DNA of 64,000 nt from Lama guanicoe (Eukaryota): the NCBI GenBank assembly GCA_013239625.1, contig MU053934.1, forward strand, positions 3,676,399 to 3,740,398. The letters run 5' to 3'. The position numbers and the translations under genes are program-made. Every line of letters starts with the position of its first letter. The stretch's first letter is position 1. Positions 54,122 to 64,000 of the stretch are shown piece by piece. The notes below the pieces were generated by a model. The model worked only from the letters and a program-made list of their open reading frames with translations. It had not been told where the DNA came from and did not search any database.

Positions 54122-55773
54122 ATCTCCCCTCCCCCACTTTCCCCATCTCTCTCATTTCCAGACTTCTCTGGGGTGGGGGCCAGAACTATTGCTGAAATCT
54201 ACAAGGTGTCAGTCAATGGGTCTGCCCTTTCCAGGTCTCCTCATGACAGTCTCCCTGGGTGGTTAAGTCGCCGCATTGTACAGATGCGCAAACAGCTGGG
54301 GAGCTGATGTCCTTGCAGGAGCTTCTGGGCCCTGACTCTGCGTCCTCCTCTTAGCAGTGTTCATGGCCAGCTCAGGGGTTTTTCTCTGTCATAAGCTCAC
54401 TGCATCAAGTTGGCAAGACCTCCCCTCCATGGTCAGAACCATGCTCTCTCTTTCTCTTGTATCTCCTACATGGGCTGGAACTCTAAAGATGCTCAGTAAA
54501 TTATCTTAAATCAATGACTCTGAATTCTGATGTCAAGGAGGGGGTCTTAGGAGCCACATTGTGTTCGTCTGCCTGGAATGTCCCTCCTTCCATTCACAGA
54601 CTCACCTTTCAGGGCCCAGCCCTTGGGCCATTCTTGGGAAACCCTGTCCCTACCCCCAAATCCTGGTCATTCATGTTTGTGTTGTTCAGTTGGACTTCAC
54701 CTCCCTATGAGACTCTTTCTTTCATGGTTGTTGTTTATTTACTCATCTGTCTCCCCCATGGGGCTTGGAGCTCCTTGGTGATAGGGCTGTCTCTGATTCA
54801 CCTTTGGGAGCCCAGATACTCCCGGGGCCTGTGCAGAGCAGGTTCCTGGAGAATGCGCCTTGAGTGGACGCACAGTGTAGGATCTCAGGCCTTCTCCCAA
54901 CGTGTGATGGTTCCCTTCCTGCCGAAGAGGGCTCTCCTGCCTGCTTCTGGGAAGGCTTTGGTGGAGGACTCCCCTCAGGTGCCACTGCCTGAATCCCCCA
55001 TCACCCCATGCATGCTGACCTTCAGATGTACCAGGCTGGAAAGGAGGCCACCTTGGTCGATGCCCTTGGCCATCCTCCTGGGCACCGAAGCCCCAAGTGC
55101 GCAGCTTATGAGCTAAGCCACCTGGTTTCTTTCTTTCCCTTCATGCCCAGGACAGCTGGATTGGTTGACCTTGGGAACCTGGGGCCCCTTCCCTTCCAGC
55201 ATGGACAAGGCAGTGGGTACAGAGGAGAGTCCAAGGGACCTGGGGTCAGCCCTCTCTCTGCCACCAGCTACCTCCCTGGGCCTCAGTTTCCTTCTCTGTA
55301 TCGCTGGGGGTTGGTTCGCTGATCCTAGGGCCCTCCCCAGCTGTGCCCTTCTGCGACTGTGGGAGTCTGAGAGCAGAGGCGGGAAGGAGAGATGGCCCCT
55401 CTCTCCCCACCACCTCTCCCTGTCCCTCAGGGTCACCCCAAATACGCCCCCTCCCCCGGCTCCCTGGAACTTCCCTGCAGCTGCAGGCCTGGTGAGACAA
55501 TTGGGTGTTTTAGAGAAATACATTTTTGGGCTAATTTGCCATGCATAAGTGTTTCTCTTACCCTTTAAAGGCGGAGAACAAAGAGGCCTTTCTGCACCCG
55601 GGCAGGCTGCTGGGGAGGGGACCGCAGCTGTACCGGGCCGAGACCCTCCTCCCTCCCTCATCCCTGCGAGCGCCCCACCACACCGCTCACCGCCCCCCAG
55701 AAGAGACAGCCTGGACTTTCCCAGCCTCCCTCAGCCCTCTGCCCCCACTGCCTCTGAGGCCCCTCTGGCCCTG

Positions 55774-55968
55774 CCCCACCCCAGCCCCCACCCTCCCACC
55801 AGCTGCCCCAGGCGAGAGGGAAAGTGTGCGTGGGTGGGAGGATGGATGGGGAGGGGGCATGTGGGGAGAGACCCCACCCCACCCCCACCCTCCCAGCAGC
55901 TGCCCCAGGCGAGAGGGAAAGTGTGCGTGGGTGGGAGGATGGATGGGGAGGGGGCATGTGGGGAGAGA
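55774..55968. repeat. Near-perfect ~97-bp tandem duplication
   Basis: Unit 1 55774-55871, unit 2 55872-55968; they differ by one indel and one substitution. Confidence 0.95.
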
Positions 55969-58900
55969 GCAGCTTTCCACGTGGCTCGCTGGGGTGGTGA
56001 CGGCCTGGCAGGGTGTGTGTCTGTGTTCCTGCGGCTTGTGCCATGTGGTCACAGGGTACGTGATGGTGTCTGTCATCAGGTGAATCACCAGTGTGTAGGG
56101 GGCAAGTGGCAGTCACTGCCTTTGTCATTCATTCATTCATTCATTCATTCAACTAATCTCTACTGAGTGCCCACCATGGGCAGGTCTCGGGTGCTCCTGT
56201 CCTAGAGGGATAGAGAGACCCCGATGATTACAGTAAATCGAGCTAAGTTCCATCTCTGCTTAGAGGAGGTGCATCTATGGAGGGGGCTTCATGAGCAAAC
56301 GTGCAGAGGCATGAGAAATAGGCGTGTCGTCCTGCGTGGGGAGGGAGGCCTTGTGCACAAAGGGGCACAGGGTCAAGGACAGCGTCCCTTGCTGGTGCTG
56401 ATGGTCCCGAAGCTGGTGGACTCTGCAGCACGCCCTCCCTGACCACAGTTCACCATCTGCACCTTTGCTCAGGCCGTTCCTTTCATCTGGAACTCCCTCC
56501 TCTCACTCTCCTCTGTTCTGAAGCTCCACCTCTCCTCCTGGCCCCTGACCCTCCTCCATCAGGTCTGGCTCCTCAGCTGTCCTCGTTTGTCCCCCTGGCA
56601 CAAACACACAGAGGGCTGTGAGCTGCTCTCAACCTGTCTGCACCCTCCCCCATCTTCACGAGCTCATCAAGGTCAGGGCCCTGGGTGTCTTCCCAGCACC
56701 TAGCACCAGGGCTGTGCCCAGGAAGGGAGCAAGGAGGGCTGGGCGCCCCTCCTCTATATTTCTAACAGCTGGGCTAATGTTTACTGAGGAGCTACTGCCT
56801 GCCAGACACTGCGGGCACATCTGTTAACTTATTCAGCTGCAACAGCTTTATAAGGTAGGAGCTGTGACGTATCACTGTTCTACAGATGGGGAAACTGAGA
56901 TATGGAGCAGTTGGGATTTTGCTGAAGATCAACAAGCTCCCAGGGGAAGAGGCATCAGAGTCTGGGCTGTAACCCATCACATCTGCATCGCCTGAGAGCC
57001 ACCGCTCCCTGGAGCCTTCCAGGATGGACTGGCTTCTCTGAGTTCTCCTTCCCTCATCCTGCGGCAAGCTCTGTTTGCTCCATCCTTGGGCCCTGACTCT
57101 GCCCCGTGTGCCTGTGAGAGATGGCTAGACATTGAGGTTTAGCTGCAGGAGGTCGCCTCTTGGGAACCATGAGGGGCTTGGGGACTTAGACAAAGAGGCA
57201 GGGCCAGGATGGGAGGCCAGGCTGCTGCTTTCCTGCTGCACAGCGCTGCCGCAGGGGCAGGGACGGCCTCTGGTACTTGGATTTCAGGACCGACAGAGCC
57301 CCTTGTAACAATCCCACATGGTCCCCACCATGGTCAAAATGTCCAATGGCACGACTGACAGCTCCAAATATCAGTGCAGGCTAACTGATCTGTGCCTTCA
57401 TGACTCGTGTGTGTGCACGTGCTCTTGCCTCTGGCTCTGGGTGTGCTCAGGAGGTGAGTAGAGGGCAGAGAGTGGGAGGGGACAGTGGCTCCACAGCCAC
57501 CCGAGTCCTCCGCGTGGGATGGCGATGAAGGGCCTGCCATCTGCCCCTGCACACTCCCACACCCTCTGAGGGTCAGAGCAAAACAGGCAGAGAGAGGGAT
57601 GTGGCTGTTTGCCCTGCGGGCTTGAGGGGGAGCCCAGCTCTGAGGGGCAGGCAGCTCCAGGCCTGTCTGAACAGTGGCGCTGAGACTCGCCAAAGGCCCT
57701 GCAAGTCCCGGCTGCTCCATCACAGCAGACTGACGGGCACTTATGGATGCTGACTGTGTGCCTGGCCTGTGGGTGGGGCAGGGGCGGGTGGACAAGGCCT
57801 CTGCCCTTTCAGAGGAACCCCAAGTCTGAGAGAAAAGAGCACCCAGAAAATGGAGTCCAGGGATCTGAGGCATAAGCGGTGTGGTCTGCCACGGTGTGTT
57901 GAGGGGAGGCGAAGCCAGCTGAGGAAGGGGTGTCACCCACGGGGAACTTGGGGAAGGAGACTGGAAGGTTAGAGACTGAGGAGGAGTGGGAGGGTATATG
58001 TATACATTCACAGAATCCTAGGGTATAAGAGGTAGATTCTTGGACATTACCTAGTTCAAGTCTAGTTCATATAGGGCAGAAATTGAGGCCCAAGGAGAAG
58101 AGGGGACGTGCCCAAGACAGTGATGGAGTCAGTTCAACAAGCTGTTCCTAAGCCTGTGGGGCACCAGGCTGAGGGCTCACCCTTACAAAAGGGCCTGTCA
58201 CGCCTCAGTTAGCTGTGGTCTAGTGGGAAAATGGACTCAGACAGATAAGTACCACTTAGTGCCATGAGTGTGACCATCAAAGCACGCTCAAGGCAGACGG
58301 GCGAGGGGGTAATGGAGGACTATGATCTGGGCAAGACCTCTTGGCAGAGGTAGCATCTGGGTTGGGCTTTGAAGGATGAAGAGGAGTTCAAAGGCTGAAC
58401 GGTGAATGAAGGGATTAATTTCCACGTAACCTGGGTGGTTTAAGTTGATTCCTGTTTTTGCCACCCCTGAGGGCAGAGACCAGTCTGTCCTCCATTAACA
58501 CCCCATTCCCTCAGAGGCCACCAGCAGGCTGGGGACGGCAGGAGGGTTTTGGTGTGTCTCGGTCCTGAGGCAGGGGAATGGATCCATGGTTTCCCAGAGC
58601 CCCAGGCTCAGCCAAGACCCCATTTCAATCCTGGTTGCTGAGGCTTCAATTCAACCCCTTTCTGTTCAGTCAAAGAATGTTTATTGATCACCAGTTATGA
58701 ATAAACCTTACAGAGTGTGGAGGATTTCAAGAGGCAGAGATGAGGGAAGGGTGTTTCAGGAGAAGGGAACAGTATGAGCAAAGGCGTGGCTGCTGGAAAG
58801 CTAGGGCTTATTCAGTAAGTGTCTGGTTTTGTGTAGCTGGAGCACAAGGGCAGGAAGGGGGCAGGTGAAGATGCAGCAGGAAAGATTGGCTGATGCTGGG

Positions 58901-59060
58901 ACTGGACAGCCCAGAGGGGGAATTGGGGCTTTCATCTGTGGCAAGCAGGAGATGCCAGTGGATTTAGAGCAATAGTAACTCCCCCAAGAGCCCAAGACTG
59001 GGCTGGGAGCTTGAGAGAACCCAGAAGCCTCCAGGGGAGCCGGGAGGTGGGACTCCTGGA

Positions 59061-59263
59061 CAGCGGTGTGCTGGCAAGTGCTTAACAACCTGTTCTGTCA
59101 GGGATGGGGGGCTGGCCATAGAGGGACAGAGTGCTGATGTTCACATGTAAGCACTCCCACCAGGGACCGTTTCAAGTCTCCAAGGTGACATCAGCAGGCT
59201 TGGAAAATTCCAGATTTAGTAATTGGCTCTCGTGAGCTGGTATGAGCTGACGCCAGCACCACT
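59061..59263. mobile_element. hAT MITE (MER63/Blackjack-like)
   Basis: Terminal inverted repeats cagcggtgtgctgg and ccagcaccact; actcctg on both flanks as a possible TSD relic. Confidence 0.6.
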
Positions 59264-61779
59264 CCTGCGTCCTGAGTTTTAAGCTGTGGTTCCAGCGCTC
59301 AGCCCTCCTTCTCTCCTGGTTCACTCCCACGGTGACCGCACGTATGGGAGCCCAAGGATGGAGAAGTAAGAGAGGGACCACTCCGTGGTTTGTCCCAGCT
59401 CAGGGAGCTCCCCCACAGACTGAGACCAGGCTCTGTGGCTTTGAGCCTTAGCTCAGCTGCTCACGGGCTGGGTGACTCAGGCCAACCCCTCTCTCCTCGG
59501 GCTGACTCACTTTGCAGGATCACTCCTGGGATGAGAAGATGGTGCTGTGGGGAAGAGGGGATGGGGCAACATTGGGCTGAGAAGGCCCCGGGAGCATGGG
59601 CAACGGTGCTCTGGGGATGGGGCCCAGGCCCACGCACCCCCACCCACCCCCGGTTCATTCACCTGGCAATTTTATCAGATGACTGGTAGGGGGTGGGGCA
59701 GGTGGGGTCCTGTGAAGTGAAGGACCTGGGGATGGGTGTGGGGTGGGTCGGGGGAGGAGGCCCTGGGCAAGAGGTTTGAAGTCGGTTACAGACCAACACC
59801 TCAAACTCTGCCAGTGGAAGGGTGGGCTGCTGGGCCTTGATACATGTTGGTCCCTCTGCCTGGTGCTGCCCCCTCCCTCCCTGTTGCTTAGAAAACTCCT
59901 ACTCATCTGTCAGGCCTCAGTTCCAGCACAGCTCTTCCAAAGAGCAGGACTGAAGAGCACGAGTTTGGGCATCATCAGACCTGTGAGACAGCCTGCTTAG
60001 TTTTTCTCAACCTCATCTGTAAAATGGGGACAATGATCTACATAGTTTGTAGGACGGTTGCGAGGATTACACGAGATGCGCGTGGTGCAGGGGGCCCTAC
60101 TTCTGATAAATGTGATACTTCCGGTAACGGTGATTCCTTGGTGGCTCTCCCTCCCCTCACTTCCCTCAAAGTAGGCTCAGCCATCTGCGTCCCCACATTG
60201 CCTTGTGGGTACCTGTTTGACCACGTGGTAATTGTGGCTATGCCTGACTCTCCTGAGGAGGGGGACTGGGTCTAATTCACCTCCAGGACTGACCCAGGCC
60301 AGGTCTCCAGCCTCAGCCCTGACATCAAACTATGTGGTGTCCCGGCCAAGTGGCTGCTTCTCCTGGAGCCTGTTTCCTCGTGTGTGACCTGGATGACCTC
60401 TGAGGTTGCTTCCAGCTCCAAATGCTGTGAGTCTATGTCCCAAACCCGAGGCACCATCCTGCCCCCAAAGCAGCCCCCACCCGGCTTTCCCACCCCATCA
60501 ATGGCTCCACTGTTCTCCAGTGACCCAGGCGTGAAACTTCAGAGTCATTTTTGACTCATCCGCCCCTTTATCCACCCCACAGCTCCTCATCAGCCACGAC
60601 AATTTTTCCTTCAAAATGCTGCTCACATCCGCTGTCCCCTCCCTGGTCGTCTAGTCCCCTCTGTCTGAAGTCAGGATGATTTTGTCCACTTTCTAACTGC
60701 CCAGTATCCCCTCACCTTCCATCACACCCAGCAGAGCTCCTGAAATTCCACCATTAGGCTCCTCCTAGGAGTGCACCACTGTTACCTGGCAGGGGATTAG
60801 CTTGAATCTGTCAGCAAGGAGCCGGACTGCTCCCTTGGGCTGACTCCTCTCCCAGGGGAGACAGGGATCTCAGTCTTAGGGGAAGAGGAGGGGCCCTGGG
60901 TGGAGCATGGAGGTGCACACAGTAAACTTTGACCCTTCCCTGTTGCTACGGGTCATCTCCTGAGCCAGCTCTCCAGGTGATCACACACATGTTCACATCT
61001 GTTGCCTCTGTTCTTTGTTAGGTCCAGCGCTGAGCTTGGTCTTGAAGGATGAGGAGTTCTGTTGGAAAATGATGTTTCAGCTGAGGCAAGCAGCCTGTCC
61101 TTGGAGTGGGCAGAGGAACTGGGAGGTGTACAGGGTGGCTGGTGCTGAGAGGGACCAGGTGGGCTAGGGAAGGCCTCCCTGATGCCCAGGGGTGAACAAC
61201 CTCAGGGACCTCTTTTCTCCATTCATGATCCCTGAGGGGAGCTGACATCCCCAAACTGGGAGGCAACTCCTCTCTGTAAAAAAAAAATCAAAGTGACAAT
61301 CTGTGGGCCAAGCACTTTACAGTTTACACAGCACTGTCCTTCCCTCGGTTTGTATCTTTCTTTCCAGTCTGTGAGGTAGGACTGGGCAGGGCTTGTTGCT
61401 CCCATTTCACAGATGCGAAAGCTGAGGCTTATAGAGTGGAAGGGGCTTGCCCAGGGTGATTAGCTAGAACTCGGCAGAGCCAGGCCTGGAATTTCCCTGG
61501 TCCTGGATCCCAGAGTCTAGAAGTTTCAGGGAAAAGAGAGCAGAGAGGTGGCTCAAGCTTGGGTGCCCCAGGTCCTCCTGGGGAGGAGCTGGTTCTGTGG
61601 GATTAGATGGGGCGACAGGCCCAGCTGCTGGGACCGAGGACAATGCCCACTGGGTCTCGCCAAGGCAAACCCTGCTGGGCTGTCATGGCCTCTGCAGCTG
61701 AACCCCCTTCTGGGGTGCGCTGGGGGCGGGGGTCTGGCCCGAGGGAGCAGGAGGGACTGGGGGGCAGATTTGTGTTTCC

Positions 61780-62300
61780 ACTTGATTTCGTCAGTTGTTT
61801 CCCAAGAGCGGTGGCAGGATCCCCAGGGGCGGGGAGGAGGCGGGGAGGCCGGAAGGCGCCACGGCCACGCAGCCCGCCCCCCATGTGACTGCCCTGACTG
61901 ACGACAGTGCCGCGTGGAAAGGCCTCGAGGCTTCCGTCCTGGTGAGAGTGTGACGCGGGCCGGGGCACCGGGCCCGCGCTGGGTGACTTCCCGCATGACC
62001 TGCACCATCTCCAGTGCTCCCTGCGCTGGGCCCAACCCTTAGATGGCGCGTGCCCGTGACCGCCGCCTGACCCCACGCAGCACAGCCCCAGGGCTGGGCA
62101 CCCAGGACCCCAGTCCTCCCGGTTCCCCTCTGACCTCTCCAGCTGGCCCTCTCAGCTCCGTGGCCAGTCCCCTGTCCCCCTGCTGCCCTGCCACGAGCCA
62201 TCCGTCCGGACTGCGGCAGCCTGGCCACGCTGGGCTCATGTCCTCACTGGTTGTTCTTCCTGCCTTCCAGGGCTGCGGGCACTCCGGTGACTGGCCCCAG
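61780..62300. promoter_or_regulatory. Orphan CpG-rich element with GC boxes and a CTCF-like motif
   Basis: GGGGCGGGG boxes at about 61826-61847, CCCTTAGATGGCGC 62036-62049, many CpGs. Confidence 0.55.
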
Positions 62301-64000
62301 GCCTGGCCTCTCCCCCTTCCCTCACCCCTGTGTCCTGGGCCTGTTTGCACCTTCTCAGACCGGTTGCAGAGGAGTGGGGTCAGCCACTTACAGTTTCAAA
62401 TCCGTTCCGCCACCTCCTGGCTGTGTGGTGGCAGTTGAATTTCAGCCCTTCTCTGGACTTAGATGCTGGATCTAGAGAGAAAGAGGTGCCTGGCCCAGGG
62501 TTGGATGGGGAAGGGAACATAAGAGCTCAAAGGAGCCAGGCCTTTACGTTAGAACCCCAGCTTTGGTACCAGTTGTGCACCCCTGGACGATGATGACACC
62601 TCTTGGAGACTCAGTTGCCTCCTTTGTAAAATGGGTATAATAATTGCTCCTTCCCATTGGGATGGAATGAACTATTCCCAGGGGAGGGATTCTCAACCTG
62701 GCTTAGAGTTCAGAGTAGGCTTCCTAGAGGGGGTCATGCCACATAGCTGTGGACAGTGGGTTAGAATCCACCAGCAAAAACACAGGGAGAGTTCTCACAG
62801 GGAGGGCAGGGCTTGAGCGAAGGCTGGAGGTGGAAACCAGGAGCTTTAAGCTCAGGCTGGAAGGGGTGGAGGTGAGACTTGGAGTCCTGGCCTAGGAGCA
62901 GCTGGGGCTTTCCAGGATCCCACCCCAGCCTCCCACCCCACCTTGCCAGCCAGGGTGCTGCCGACATCTTTCCTGCTCGAAAGTCTGATTCCCTACTCCA
63001 AGCCTTTGCTTGTGCTGGTCCTTCCGCCTCCCTCCTGGGCCTCCTGGCTGATGCAGACCCTACCCATCCCCCATAATATGTGCAGCTACAACTCGCTTCC
63101 TCCAGGAAGCCTTCCCTGCCCCCCACCCTGGCCACCCCCCTCCCTCCCCTTCTCCCTCGCTCTCCTGCTCTGGTTTTCCCGCTGTCCTCTGCAGCACTGC
63201 CTGTTGTACAGATCCATGGTGTTAGATCATCTTGTAAATGGTTCATGGGCCTGGAACCCCGCAGGAGCCCAGTGACCATTAACCATCGCCAATAGCAGCC
63301 TCCCTGCCGGCTTTCCGCCCACCTCAGCTCGCCCCCACCTTCCACCTTGTCTGATCCTTGCCACCGCTCTCTGGGGCTCATTTGACAAATGGGGATGCAG
63401 AGGCTGGAGAGGCCAGGGCTGCCTACAGCAAGTCAGTTGGGGGCAGACAGGATTACAAGGGTCTCTCTCACCTGTCCCATGGTGCCTAGCCCAGGGCTGG
63501 GGTCCAAAAGGGGCATGTTCCCTTTCTGTTCAGTTAGAATCCCCAAGTCTGCCCTCTTTTGTCCTTCTGGGCCTTGCAGCCTTCCTCTCCTACCCACTGG
63601 CCCTTCTGCCATCTGAAGCTCCCCTGATACTGTCACTACTTTCTGTAGAAACTGCCCCCTCCCAGCTCCAGGCATTCGACAGGGGCTGAGTGGAGGCCCC
63701 ACAGGTGCATCGGGAACACGCAGAGGTGCAGGGAAGGCCCTGGCTTGAGGGACTGGGAGGTGCTGCCTCTCCCCAGCTGGTGACCGTGAGCCACACTCAC
63801 CCCCGAGGAATGAGCTGTACCCACCGAACCTGCGAGGAGCATGTGGTGTTACACAAGAGGAAACTGAGGCTCTGGGAGGCCAGGGACCTGTCTGAGTTGG
63901 CAGGGGGCTAAGCCCTTGCTTTGCTGGGCCATTTGCTGATGTCACAACACAGTGGGGCTGGGGGGTGGATAGTGTCCTGAGACCCCTTTGTGAAGCTTTA

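Noticed and set aside
53576..54307. 243-aa His/Thr-rich ORF
   Set aside because: Translation of CA-rich low-complexity sequence.

Overview
Mammalian, GC-rich genomic window, probably from a camelid (inferred from five tRNA-derived SINEs resembling Vic-1). It is orthologous to the human 22q13.1 block C22orf23-POLR2F-SOX10. It contains the first coding exon of C22orf23 (minus strand), which shares a bidirectional CpG-island promoter with POLR2F. POLR2F (RPB6) is complete on the plus strand: 5 coding exons, 127 aa. SOX10 coding sequence is complete on the minus strand: 3 coding exons, 468 aa, all GT-AG junctions in phase. About 40 kb of gene-free SOX10 upstream sequence follows, with several SoxE-motif enhancer candidates and many old L1/L2/MIR/CR1/hAT fragments. 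There is one 253-N gap in a SOX10 intron. I found no convincing novel multi-gene system. The most notable oddities are: (1) a ~135-bp, ~40% GC segment sitting where the conserved SOX10 TSS/5' exon 1 should be; (2) a 59-bp RPL23A retrocopy and a 42-bp L1 tail, each with target-site duplications; (3) a 22-bp dimeric SoxE-type module shared by two elements 20 kb apart; (4) a symmetric element between the POLR2F and SOX10 3' ends; (5) a 10-aa shorter C22orf23 N-terminus. All comparisons to human/mouse are from memory, not from alignments.
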